Shown: in pieces, positions 1-9,424 of the stretch
Layout: each line of letters opens with the position of its first letter
How positions within the stretch are numbered: the stretch's first letter is position 1
Program-made: the position numbers and the translations under genes
From: an uncultured Opitutaceae bacterium
GTDB lineage: Bacteria; Verrucomicrobiota; Verrucomicrobiia; Opitutales; Opitutaceae
Direction of reading: 5' to 3'
DNA length: 64,000 bases
Assembly (NCBI GenBank): GCA_964534685.1
Contig: CAZHPC010000001.1
Location: forward strand, 23,950 to 87,949
The notes under the pieces: model-generated
Told to the model about the DNA's origin: nothing
What the model saw: the letters and a program-made list of their open reading frames with translations, nothing else
The model's database searches: none

Positions 1-357
1 GTCGGGCGCCGCCTCGCCCTGATCGCGAAGACGCAGCTGTACGGCATTCCACCCGAGATCTCGGGCCCCGTGTTTGCAGGGGCGAGTCGCGAGGGTGCGG
101 CAATGCGTGTGCGCTTCAGCCACGCGGGAGACGAGCTTCAGGCGCGCGGCGGAGAGGTGGGCGCCCTTGAGATCGCCGGCGCCGACAAGGTGTTTCATGC
201 GGCGGTCGGCACCATAGAAACGGACTCGCTGCTCGTGTCCTCTCCCGAGGTCGCCGAGCCGGTCGCCGTGCGCTACGCGTGGACAAACGCCCCGCGGGCA
301 AACCTCTACGGCGACACCGGGCTCCCGGTGGCGCCGTTCCGCTCGGACGCTTGGTAG
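1..357 (+). CDS. sialate O-acetylesterase-like protein, C-terminal fragment (5' end lies outside the window)
   Basis: Frame 1 is open from base 1 to TAG at 355-357. The tail ...VRYAWTNAPRANLYGDTGLPVAPFRSD is the characteristic C-terminus of the sialate 9-O-acetylesterase family. Confidence 0.6.
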   Translation, partial: VGRRLALIAKTQLYGIPPEISGPVFAGASREGAAMRVRFSHAGDELQARGGEVGALEIAGADKVFHAAVGTIETDSLLVSSPEVAEPVAVRYAWTNAPRANLYGDTGLPVAPFRSDAW

Positions 358-364
358 CGGCGCC

Positions 365-3300
365 CTACTGGACCTCGTAGACCTCTATCAGCCCGACACC
401 CGTCGTGCTGTTGACGCCGCTCACCTGCGCCGTGTAGCCGCCGGGAGGCAGGGTCACGAGCATCGCGGTGTCCTCTCCCGTCGGGCTCAGGCTGAACGCG
501 CCGACGGAACTCATTGCCGCCGCCAGCGTCGGCTCGCCGCCCCATGCGTAGTCGGTCTGGATGAGGGCGCTGTTGCTGGTATACAGGCTCAGGATTGGCT
601 GCTGAAGCGCCCCCGCTATCCCGAAACCGTTGAGCGCCGGGCCGATGCCCCGTATCAGGACGGTCTTTGGCACGTTCCCGGAGATCACGAAGCCGGCGAT
701 CAGGACGGCGCCCCCGGTCCCGACCTGGGCGCGCACCGAGAGGTTCTTGAGCCGCGTCGTCGTGGCTCCGACATCGGCATCATAGATTTCCGCCAGCGCG
801 ACGCCGGTGCCGCTCGTTCCGCTCAACAGCGCCGTGTAGTTCCCGGCCCCGAACGAATCCAAGAGCGCCGAGTCGTTGGAGTTTGCCGGCAGGCTGAAGG
901 CCCCGACCTGGGCAAACGCGTTCGTGAGGGCGCTTCCGCCCCCCCAGACCGTGTTGGAGAATAGCTTCTGCGGAGCCGCGTTGTCCACCTCGAGTTGGGG
1001 ATTGGCCAGGAAGCCCGGCACGCCAAAGGTCCCAAGGGTCGGGCCGATCCCGCGGACCACAATGCTCTTGGTGCCCGTTCCGGATACGACAAACCCCGCG
1101 ATCATGATGTTCTCGCCGGTGCCGACGACCGAGCGCGCCGAAAGGTTGATGAGCCGGCCGGGGTTGGGGGCGGCGACCGAGACGCCTATGTTGCCGCTGA
1201 CAAGCGTGCCGGCCGGGCTCGTGATCGTCAGGCTGTAGACACCGGCATCCGAGCCGGAAGCGCTCGCGACCGTGTAGCTTGGCGAGGTGGCGCCCGCGAT
1301 GGGCGCGCCGTTCTTCGTCCACTGGTAGGTCACCGGCTGGAATACGCCCGAGACGACTCCACCCGTGGCGGTGACATTAAGCGCAAGGGCGGCTCCGGCC
1401 ACAACCGTTTGGGACGGCGTGATGCTGCAGACCGTCACACTGCCTGCCGTGGCAAGTCCCGTGAGACCGGGGTTCTGGCGGGACATGGGCCACGGCGTGA
1501 CCGCGGGATATTTGCCGACCCTGAACGCATAGAGCTTGGCGTCCAGGCTCCCGAAATAAAGGTATCCGTTCGCCAGCGTCGGCGATCCAAAGATGTAGTA
1601 CGCGGTCGAGGCCAAGACGTTCACTTTTCCCGACGACGTATTGACCGAATAGAGGTTGAAGTCGGATCCCCCCACGTAGAGGGTACCGTCGCCCGCAATG
1701 GCCGGCGCGGACAGGGAGACCGACGCTGGCAGGTTGACCGTGTTCACGGTCGACCCGTCTGCCGGGGACAGCACAAAGATCTGCCCCGACTCGCTGCAGA
1801 TGCAGATCTGTCCGGCCGGGTTGATCGCCGGCGACGAGCTGAATCCCTCGCCGGTCGCTAGCGAGACGTGCCACTTCTGGGTCCCGTTGGGATTGACCGC
1901 ATAGACGTCGCCGCCGACCGTCCCGACAAAGGCCGTCCCGTCCGAGTTGATCGCAGGCGCGGCGTCTATCGGCGTCGCCGTGGCGAGCGTGGCAAGGGTG
2001 CTGCCGCTGCCACTGAAGAGCATGAGCCCCGTCGGCGTTCCGACGTAAAGCGCCCCGTTTTGCCCTATCACGGGCGATGCATAGGAATGGCCGTTCACCG
2101 AGACCTGCCACTTCTTGGCGCCCGCGGACGTGACCGCGTAGAGGTTGAGGTCGTCGTGGAAATAGATGATCCCGTCGCTGCCGACCGCGGGCGACGTCGT
2201 GATCGGGCTCGATGCCTGGAACTTCCAGTCGAGCGTGCCCGCGGCGCCGTCGATCGCATAGAGGTATCCGTCCGACGACCCGACATAGACGGCGCCGTTT
2301 GATCCGAGCGCGGGCGAGGCGTTGTCAATGTAGGCCGCCGTGGGGAAGCTCCACCGCGGCGAGCCGTCCGCATTCACGGCGTAGAGGGACCCGTCGGTGG
2401 ACCCAATGTAGACGGCGCCGTCACTGCCAACCGCGGGCGTCGATGTGATGGGGTACATCGTCGCGAACTGCCACGCCGAGTTGTTGACCATCAGGGTGAA
2501 GTTGCCGCCCGCCGAGCCGACATTGTCGACCTGGAAGAAATACGTCTGGCCCGCGTTCGCCGTGAACGTGACCAGGCTGTCGGTGTTGAGACCGGACTCG
2601 TTGTTGTTGGCGCCCACAAGCGTCAGCCCGGCCAGCGACGATCCGGTGTAGACGGCTGCAACCATGTCGAGGCTGCTGCTGTAGGCGGCAAGCTGGACCT
2701 GCCCGGTGGCCGGCGCCGTCCACTTGTACCAGACGCTGTGGCCTCCCCCCACGCCGGTCGGGTTGGGTTCGCCCTGCTCCGAGGTGGCGTACAGCGTCAC
2801 GCCCTTCAGGGTAAACGTCCCGGTGGCAGGATCGCCGGCCGCGACCTGGGCGTTGGCAAAATTGTCGTTGGGCGGCGGAGCCACAATGCGCAGGGCCGCC
2901 AGTCCGCTGGCCCCGTTCTTGCCGGCCACCTCGATCTGGTAGACCGTGCCCGCCGTCGCGTTGAGGGCGATGTGGCTCGTGACGGTGCCCGTGGCGGCGT
3001 CATCGTTCGAGGCCACGAGCGTCAGCGACGAGACCGAGGTCCCGGTGAAGACCCCCAGGACCGTGTCAAAGCTGCTCCCCAGCGTGTCAAGATAGTAGGT
3101 TCCGCTCTGCGGCGCCGTCCACGTCCACCACAGAGACGCGCCTACCGTCGCCCCGGCGAGCGTCGTGGCCTCGCCGGATTCGATCGTGGCTCCCGCGTTG
3201 GAATTGCGCACCTGGATTGTCGAGCCGGACAGCGTCGCGCGCTTCGCAAAATTGTCGTTGAACGGCGCGTTGCCGGTCGACGCCAGGGCCGAGCCGAGGT

Positions 3301-4693
3301 CCAGCCGGCCCCCGGTCTGCACCATGCCGGACAGACTCGCCAAGGGGTGGACCTGCCCCAGGAGCCGGTTGATCAGCTGCCGGTAGGTGTCGTTCGGGAA
3401 ATGGGCTCTCAGAAGCGCGAGCGCCCCCACCACCTGCGGCGCCGCAAAGGACGTGCCGCTGGCGCTCGCGTAGCTGGAATCCGAGGCGTTGAAGGTCGAC
3501 CCAATATCGTCCCCGGGTGCGGCGAGATCGACTGTTCCGGGGCCGTAGTTCGAGTAGGTTGAGAGCGTGTCCGTGTCCGATGTCGCGGCGACGGTGACGA
3601 TGTTGTCCAGGAGGTAACCCGCCGGATAGACGTAGCCGGCGTCGGCGTTCGTCGAGTCGTTGCCCGCCGCCGCGACGACGATGATGCCGGCGGCCTGCGC
3701 CTGTTGCAGGGCGTAGAGCTCCGCGGCGTCCGACTGGTCGCTTCCGAAGCTGCCGTTGATGATCGCCGCCTTGTGCTGGATCGCATAGTCGATGCAGGCG
3801 ATCTCGCCGGAGCCGGACCCGAATCCGTCGGCGGAGATGAACTTGAGCGCCATCATTTGGATGGTCCACGCCACGCCGGCTACGCCCAGGGAATTGTTGG
3901 TCTCGGCGCCTATGATGCCCGCGACCATGGTGCCGTGGAAGAAGTCGTCGTTCGGGTCACCGTTTCCGGGCTCAGTCTGGGGGAACGTGGCGTTGATCCC
4001 GTGGGCGTCGCCGGTGTAGCCCAGGGTTCCCGGGCTCGGGTTGTTCCAGATGTTCGTGGCGAGATCCTGGTGGGTGTAGCGAATCCCGGAGTCGATCACC
4101 GCGACGACCACGCTTCCGGCGCTTTCCTGGATAGACCAGCCCGTCTCCGCATTGATGTCGGCCCCCGGCGTTCCCCCGTTCTGGCCGGTGTTGCTGAGAT
4201 TCCACTGCATGGGGAAATACGTGTCATTGGGCACGACGCTCGCGCGGATCACGCGGTCGGGCTCCACAAAATCATAGAGACCCGAGGCCATGAGCCTCGA
4301 GATCGCCGCCTTCACGGGAAGCCCGCTGTCAAGCTGAAGGACCTCGAGGCCGGGAAGGCTCTGGAACCGCCGTTCAAGGTGAGCGCCGGCGCCGCCCTCA
4401 AATGCCTGGAGTGCCGCGGGGTCGACCCCGTCCCTCGCCTTGGCAAGAAGCCGCCCATTGCGGTATTCCTGCGCGATCTCCAGCGCGGAGAAGGTGCCCG
4501 GCCGGACTCCGCCGTGCACGAGCGCCGTATGGGCAAACTGCGCCCCTGGCGCGCCGGAGGCGATTATGAGAAGTGCAGAGATGCTGGCGAAGTACTTAGT
4601 TTTCAAGGGTTGGAATCCGAGGTTTCGTGAAGAGCCGTGCCCGCGTACGAAGGCTGGGATCGACGCGTACCATTTTGATAATAGTCCGGACAT
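365..4693 (-). CDS. secreted multidomain subtilisin-like (peptidase S8) serine protease with beta-propeller, Ig-like and repeated C-terminal modules
   Basis: 1442-aa ORF. S8 catalytic triad motifs are VAVIDSGI (Asp), HGTMVAGIIG (His) and SGTSFAAPQV (Ser). Two NDNFA...W.WTAP beta-sandwich modules follow, then about eight PQQ/BamB-like blades (G.LYAV...G...W), an Ig-like module (YQWTKNGAPI...AGVYSL) and two C-terminal repeats. A Sec signal (KTKYFASISALLIIASGAPGAQFA) begins at a TTG at 4606, and third-position GC rises after it, so the true start may be 4606 rather than the ATG at 4693. Confidence 0.9.
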   Translation of the reverse strand: MSGLLSKWYASIPAFVRGHGSSRNLGFQPLKTKYFASISALLIIASGAPGAQFAHTALVHGGVRPGTFSALEIAQEYRNGRLLAKARDGVDPAALQAFEGGAGAHLERRFQSLPGLEVLQLDSGLPVKAAISRLMASGLYDFVEPDRVIRASVVPNDTYFPMQWNLSNTGQNGGTPGADINAETGWSIQESAGSVVVAVIDSGIRYTHQDLATNIWNNPSPGTLGYTGDAHGINATFPQTEPGNGDPNDDFFHGTMVAGIIGAETNNSLGVAGVAWTIQMMALKFISADGFGSGSGEIACIDYAIQHKAAIINGSFGSDQSDAAELYALQQAQAAGIIVVAAAGNDSTNADAGYVYPAGYLLDNIVTVAATSDTDTLSTYSNYGPGTVDLAAPGDDIGSTFNASDSSYASASGTSFAAPQVVGALALLRAHFPNDTYRQLINRLLGQVHPLASLSGMVQTGGRLDLGSALASTGNAPFNDNFAKRATLSGSTIQVRNSNAGATIESGEATTLAGATVGASLWWTWTAPQSGTYYLDTLGSSFDTVLGVFTGTSVSSLTLVASNDDAATGTVTSHIALNATAGTVYQIEVAGKNGASGLAALRIVAPPPNDNFANAQVAAGDPATGTFTLKGVTLYATSEQGEPNPTGVGGGHSVWYKWTAPATGQVQLAAYSSSLDMVAAVYTGSSLAGLTLVGANNNESGLNTDSLVTFTANAGQTYFFQVDNVGSAGGNFTLMVNNSAWQFATMYPITSTPAVGSDGAVYIGSTDGSLYAVNADGSPRWSFPTAAYIDNASPALGSNGAVYVGSSDGYLYAIDGAAGTLDWKFQASSPITTSPAVGSDGIIYFHDDLNLYAVTSAGAKKWQVSVNGHSYASPVIGQNGALYVGTPTGLMLFSGSGSTLATLATATPIDAAPAINSDGTAFVGTVGGDVYAVNPNGTQKWHVSLATGEGFSSSPAINPAGQICICSESGQIFVLSPADGSTVNTVNLPASVSLSAPAIAGDGTLYVGGSDFNLYSVNTSSGKVNVLASTAYYIFGSPTLANGYLYFGSLDAKLYAFRVGKYPAVTPWPMSRQNPGLTGLATAGSVTVCSITPSQTVVAGAALALNVTATGGVVSGVFQPVTYQWTKNGAPIAGATSPSYTVASASGSDAGVYSLTITSPAGTLVSGNIGVSVAAPNPGRLINLSARSVVGTGENIMIAGFVVSGTGTKSIVVRGIGPTLGTFGVPGFLANPQLEVDNAAPQKLFSNTVWGGGSALTNAFAQVGAFSLPANSNDSALLDSFGAGNYTALLSGTSGTGVALAEIYDADVGATTTRLKNLSVRAQVGTGGAVLIAGFVISGNVPKTVLIRGIGPALNGFGIAGALQQPILSLYTSNSALIQTDYAWGGEPTLAAAMSSVGAFSLSPTGEDTAMLVTLPPGGYTAQVSGVNSTTGVGLIEVYEVQ
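368..1156 (-). repeat. tandem duplication of an approximately 128-aa C-terminal module inside the S8 protease (protein-level repeat)
   Basis: RLINLSARSVVGTGENIMIAGFVVSGTGTKSIVVRGIGPTL...ALAEIYDAD (773-1156) and RLKNLSVRAQVGTGGAVLIAGFVISGNVPKTVLIRGIGPAL...GLIEVYEVQ (368-754) align colinearly. They are separated by a 6-aa linker. Confidence 0.75.
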
Positions 4694-5061
4694 GTGCCGG
4701 TGCGGCTACAGCTAGCTTTTTACTTGGAATTACGTATTGGCAAAAGCCTTCAGGGAATTGTACCCAGGCTGCAAGTCCGCCGGCATGGGCACTCAGTTGG
4801 ACCCCAATGTCGGCTCCTTCATGGCTTAGAGTCTTTGGGAATCCCGGCTCAAACTCAAGGGAGCAGAACGGCTCACGACGCAAATCACGGTCGTGAATGG
4901 TGGGCATCTCTCCCTGAACCCGGCCCAGAACGCAGGGAGGGGCGCGGCAGGGTGCGCGCAGCATGGGGACGATGGCCCAATCGGCGCCCTCCTGTCTCGG
5001 TGCGACACGAGCGCCGGCCGAATATGGATGTTTTTCCCGCCGCCCGCTTGAATTTCGACGC

Positions 5062-5083
5062 CATTTACCCTATTTGGTAAATG
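5062..5083. promoter_or_regulatory. perfect 8-bp inverted repeat CATTTACC-N6-GGTAAATG overlapping the ATG of the RND adaptor gene (candidate operator or start-codon-sequestering hairpin)
   Basis: Read directly: catttacc ctattt ggtaaatg. The right arm contains the ATG at 5081-5083. The element is AT-rich in an otherwise GC-rich context. Confidence 0.3.
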
Positions 5084-6226
5084 ATGGATCCATTCACCAT
5101 GGGGAGGAGTTCCCTTGTGCTCGTTGCCGGGACACTCGCGCTTGCAATCACGGGCGGATGCGAAAGGAGCCAGAATCAGATTCCCCGTCCCCCAGATGCC
5201 CAGATTGTTGTGGTTGAGCAGCGCGACGTGCAGGTCGTTGACGAGTGGATCGGAACCCTGGACGGATTTGTCAACGCCCAGATCCGCGCGCAGGTTTCCG
5301 GGTACCTGATCAAGCAGGACTACAAAGAGGGTTCTGCCGTGCGGAAGGGGGATCCGCTCTTCGATATCGATCCGAGGCCATTTGCGGCGGCGCTTTCCCA
5401 GGCCGAGGGCGTGCTTGCCCAGGCGCAGGCCCAGCTCGGAAAGGCAGAGCTCGACGTGGCGCGCTATACTCCCCTGGCCCGGGACAAGGCGGTCAGCCAG
5501 GAGGAACTGGACGACGCCGTGCAGGGCCGCCTGGCTGCGGAGGCCCAGGTCCTGTCGGCCCGCGCCGCTGTCGATCAGGCGCGTCTCAACCTGAGTTTCA
5601 CGCACGTTGTTTCCCCTGTGGACGGCATCTCCGGGCTTATCAGGGCCCAGATCGGAGACCTAGTGGGGCCCGCAACGGGCGTCCTGACTACGGTCTCGAC
5701 GGTGGACCCGATCAAGGCGTACTTCCCGATCAGCGAACAGGCGTACCTTGGGTTCAGGGGTCGCGACCCCAAGGCTCCGGCCATACCCGCCGGCATCAAG
5801 TTTGATCTAATCCTCTCCGACGGCTCCACCTACCCCAGAAAGGGCGAGTTCTATGCGATCGACAGCCAGGTGGATGCCAACACCGGCACTTTGCGCGTGG
5901 TCGCCGTCTTTCCCAACCCAGACGGGCTCCTGCGCCCGGGCCTTTATGCGAAGGTACGAGCGGTCGTGAACATTGAGAAGGGCGCGCTCCTCGTGCCGCA
6001 GCGCGCTCTGACCGAGCTCCAAGGAAGCTATCAGGTGGCCACCGTGGATTCTGGGGACCATGCACACATCGTGACGGTGAAACTGGGGACGCAGGCCGGG
6101 AACCAGGTGGTGGTCGAGTCCGGGCTGCACCTGGGCGACCGGGTCGTCGCGGACGGCACCCAGAAAATCAGGGACGGCGCGGCGGTGAATCCCATTCCGT
6201 TTGCGACGGCGGAACCCGCCAAGTAG
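5081..6226 (+). CDS. efflux RND transporter periplasmic adaptor subunit (MexA/AcrA family lipoprotein)
   Basis: Lipoprotein signal with lipobox LAITGGC. Contains the barrel-sandwich/coiled-coil HlyD-like pattern (VSGYL..., LDVARYTPL..., LNLSFTHVVSPVDG). Sits immediately upstream of the RND pump. An alternative ATG lies at 5099. Confidence 0.9.
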   Translation: MMDPFTMGRSSLVLVAGTLALAITGGCERSQNQIPRPPDAQIVVVEQRDVQVVDEWIGTLDGFVNAQIRAQVSGYLIKQDYKEGSAVRKGDPLFDIDPRPFAAALSQAEGVLAQAQAQLGKAELDVARYTPLARDKAVSQEELDDAVQGRLAAEAQVLSARAAVDQARLNLSFTHVVSPVDGISGLIRAQIGDLVGPATGVLTTVSTVDPIKAYFPISEQAYLGFRGRDPKAPAIPAGIKFDLILSDGSTYPRKGEFYAIDSQVDANTGTLRVVAVFPNPDGLLRPGLYAKVRAVVNIEKGALLVPQRALTELQGSYQVATVDSGDHAHIVTVKLGTQAGNQVVVESGLHLGDRVVADGTQKIRDGAAVNPIPFATAEPAK

Positions 6227-6233
6227 CCGCACC

Positions 6234-9200
6234 GTGTCGAAGTTTTTCATCAACCGCCCGATCGTCGCGATCGTCGTCGCGATCCTGACGGTCATCATCG
6301 GCGCGGTGGCGCTCGTCTCGCTGCCGATAGCCCAGTTTCCAAAGATCGTGCCGCCCGAGGCGCGCGTCAGCACGACCTATGTGGGCGCGGACGCCCAGAC
6401 GGTGGAGCAGTCCGTCGCCACGCCGATAGAGCAGGTGCTCAGCGGCGTCGACAACCTGAATTACATGTTCTCGATCAACGGGAGCGACGGCTCGATGCGG
6501 CTGACGACGAACTTCAACATCGCCACCGACCCGAACACCGACCTCATCCTGACGCAGATGCGGGTGATCCAGTCCAGCCCGCAGCTTCCGTCAGACGTAG
6601 CGAATTTTGGCGTCACGGTGCAGAAGCAGCTTTCGGCCCCGCTCATGTTGGTCGCGCTCTATTCGCCGACGGATTCCTACGACAATACCTTCCTGGCAAA
6701 CTATGCCTACATCAACATACTCGACCAGCTCACCCGAATTCCCGGCATCGCGAGCGCCACGGTATTCGGTGCCGGCCAGTATGCGATGAGGTATTGGGTC
6801 AAGCCCGATCAGCTCGCCAAGCTCAACATCACCGTTGGCGACATCATCCAGGCCGTGCAGAGCCAGAACACGGTGAATCCGGCAGGCCTGGTCGGGGCGG
6901 AGCCGGCCCCGAAGGGGCAGGATTTCACCTATTCGGTCCGCGTCCAGGGGCGCCTGACCTCCCCAGAGGAATTCGGGGCGATCATAATCCGGGCCAATCC
7001 CGATGGATCGGCGGTGCGCCTTAGGGACGTGGCCCGCGTCGAGCTGGGGGCGCAGGTTTACAACCTGATCGGAAGGCTCAACGGCAAGCCGGCCGCGAAC
7101 ATAGCGATCTTCCAGCTCCCAGGCTCCAACGCCCTTGACTGCGCAAGTGGCGTCAAGGCTGCCATGGCGCGCATCAAACTCAGTTTTCCGCAGGGCCTGG
7201 ACTACCAAGTCGCGCTCGACACAACGCAGGCGGTTTCCGAGGGCATGCGCGAGATCTCCAACACGCTCTGGCAGGCGATGCTGCTCGTCATCCTCGTCGT
7301 GTTCGTGTTCCTGCAGGGATGGAGGCCGACGCTCATCCCTATGCTCGCGGTGCCGGTGTCGCTCATCGGCACGTTCGTCCTGTTTCCTGTGTTCGGATTC
7401 TCGGTGAACACGCTCTCGCTGTTCGGCCTGGTGCTTGCCATCGGACTGGTCGTGGACGACGCGATCGTCGTGGTCGAGGCCGTGGAGCACCACATCGAGG
7501 AGGGCATGTCGCCGCGCAATGCAACCATCAAGGCCATGGAGGAGGTGTCCGGGCCCGTCGTGGCCATCGCAATCATACTGGCGTCGGTGTTCATACCGAC
7601 CGCATTCATACCGGGCATCACCGGCCGACTCTACCAGCAGTTCGCGCTGACGATCGCAATCTCCGTGATCATCTCGGCGTTCAACGCACTTTCGCTCAGC
7701 CCCGCCCTCTGCTCCATCCTGCTCCGGCCGAAGGGCGAGAGCCGCGGCACCATGAGCAGATTTTACGGCTGGTTTAACCGTTCGTTCGGGCGCGTGCAGG
7801 AAGGCTATGTTGGGTTTTCACGCCACCTGATCCAGAAGAGCGCGATCAGTTTCATCGCTCTTGGATGTTTTGCCGTCGTCGCATACCTGCTTGGCAGACA
7901 GCTGCCCACCGCATTCCTGCCCGAGGAGGACCAAGGCTACATCTATGTGGCGCTCCAGCTTCCAAACGCGTCCTCGCTCCAGCGGACAAGCGAGGCCGCT
8001 CGCAAGGTGGAGGAGGTGCTTAAAAACACTCCTGGCGTCAGAACGTACACATCCGTCATTGGGTTTTCGCTGCTGAGCACCGTCACCAACACCTATAGCG
8101 CGTTCTTTTTTATAAACTTCAAACCCTGGTCCGAGCGGACAAAGCCGGAGGAGCGCTTCGATGCGATCAGGGCCCACCTGAACAGCGAGCTGCGCAAGAT
8201 TCCGGAAGGCAGGGCTATCGCCTTTTCGCCCCCTTCGATCCCGGGGATTGGAACCGCAGGCGGCTTCACCTTCATCCTGGAGGACCGCGCCGGCAAGGAC
8301 ATCGCATATCTTGCCGACAACGTGAACAAGTTCATGGAGGAGGCGGGAAAGAGGAAGGAAATCGCGGGCCTCTCGACAACCTTCCTTCCCTCGGTTCCGC
8401 AGATCTTCGTCAAGGTGGACCGCGCAAAGGCCATGAAACAGGGTGTGGAACTGGCGGACGTCTACCGGACGCTGCAGTGCTACATGGGCGGCATATTCGT
8501 AAACTATTTCAACCGCTTCGGGCGCCAATGGCAGGTGTATGTGGAGGCGGAGGGCGAGTACCGGAATCGGGCCGACAAGCTCGGGAGCTATTATGTGCGC
8601 AACCACGACGGCGCGATGGTGCCCTTGTCGGCGCTTACTACCGTGGAGACCCGCCTCGGACCTGAATTCACCATGAGGTACAACCTCTACCGGAGTGCGC
8701 AGATCAACGGCGCGGCGGCGCCCGGTTACAGCTCGAACGAGGCGACCGCCGCACTCGAGGAGGTTTTTGCAAAGACGATGCCCAGGGAGATGGGATTCGA
8801 CTACCTGGGAATGTCCTTCCAGGAGAAAAAAGCCCGGGAGGGAGTCCCGCCGGCCGCCATCTTCGCCCTCTCGCTGGTCTTCGTATTCCTGATCCTGGCG
8901 GCCCTGTATGAGAGCTGGTCGTTGCCATTCAGCGTCCTCCTTGGCGTGCCGGTCGCAGTGTTTGGCGCATATCTCACACTCTTCGCCCGGCAGATGGAGA
9001 ACAACGTGTTCGCACAGATCGGCCTGATCATGCTGATCGGGCTTTCCGCCAAGAACGCCATACTGATCGTCGAGTTCGCCCGAACCCGCTACGAGCACGG
9101 CATTCCGCTGCTCGAGGCGGCGCTCCAGGGCGCGAAGGTCCGGCTAAGGCCCATCCTAATGACGTCCTTCGCGTTCATATTTGGCTGCGTGCCCCTCTGG

Positions 9201-9422
9201 CTCGCCAGCGGCTCGGGCGCCGTTGCGCGCAAGGTGATGGGGACCACTGTAATCGGAGGAATGCTCGCGGCGAGCGGCCTGGCGATCTTCCTGATACCGG
9301 TAACGTTTTACGTGATTGAGATGTGGGCCACCAAGGGGCTCCCCCACAGCGCCCACCCGGACGCGCTTCATCCGAGCCTGACAACGCCCACGGAACCGGC
9401 GAAGGACCCCGGATCGCACTGA
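6234..9422 (+). CDS. efflux RND transporter permease subunit (AcrB/MexB family, HAE1)
   Basis: N-terminus VSKFFINRPIVAIVVAILTVIIG is the canonical AcrB start, using GTG at 6234 just after the adaptor stop at 6226. About 1060 aa with a 12-TM architecture and the conserved GLVVDDAIVVVE motif. The ORF-track 5' extension to 6201 overlaps the upstream gene. Confidence 0.95.
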   Translation: MSKFFINRPIVAIVVAILTVIIGAVALVSLPIAQFPKIVPPEARVSTTYVGADAQTVEQSVATPIEQVLSGVDNLNYMFSINGSDGSMRLTTNFNIATDPNTDLILTQMRVIQSSPQLPSDVANFGVTVQKQLSAPLMLVALYSPTDSYDNTFLANYAYINILDQLTRIPGIASATVFGAGQYAMRYWVKPDQLAKLNITVGDIIQAVQSQNTVNPAGLVGAEPAPKGQDFTYSVRVQGRLTSPEEFGAIIIRANPDGSAVRLRDVARVELGAQVYNLIGRLNGKPAANIAIFQLPGSNALDCASGVKAAMARIKLSFPQGLDYQVALDTTQAVSEGMREISNTLWQAMLLVILVVFVFLQGWRPTLIPMLAVPVSLIGTFVLFPVFGFSVNTLSLFGLVLAIGLVVDDAIVVVEAVEHHIEEGMSPRNATIKAMEEVSGPVVAIAIILASVFIPTAFIPGITGRLYQQFALTIAISVIISAFNALSLSPALCSILLRPKGESRGTMSRFYGWFNRSFGRVQEGYVGFSRHLIQKSAISFIALGCFAVVAYLLGRQLPTAFLPEEDQGYIYVALQLPNASSLQRTSEAARKVEEVLKNTPGVRTYTSVIGFSLLSTVTNTYSAFFFINFKPWSERTKPEERFDAIRAHLNSELRKIPEGRAIAFSPPSIPGIGTAGGFTFILEDRAGKDIAYLADNVNKFMEEAGKRKEIAGLSTTFLPSVPQIFVKVDRAKAMKQGVELADVYRTLQCYMGGIFVNYFNRFGRQWQVYVEAEGEYRNRADKLGSYYVRNHDGAMVPLSALTTVETRLGPEFTMRYNLYRSAQINGAAAPGYSSNEATAALEEVFAKTMPREMGFDYLGMSFQEKKAREGVPPAAIFALSLVFVFLILAALYESWSLPFSVLLGVPVAVFGAYLTLFARQMENNVFAQIGLIMLIGLSAKNAILIVEFARTRYEHGIPLLEAALQGAKVRLRPILMTSFAFIFGCVPLWLASGSGAVARKVMGTTVIGGMLAASGLAIFLIPVTFYVIEMWATKGLPHSAHPDALHPSLTTPTEPAKDPGSH

Positions 9423-9424
9423 CA

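Noticed and set aside
4596-4964. 122-aa minus-strand ORF upstream of and overlapping the protease start
   Set aside because: Only 25 of the last 56 codons end in G/C, far below real genes here. It runs through the AT-rich promoter-like stretch and has no recognisable motif.
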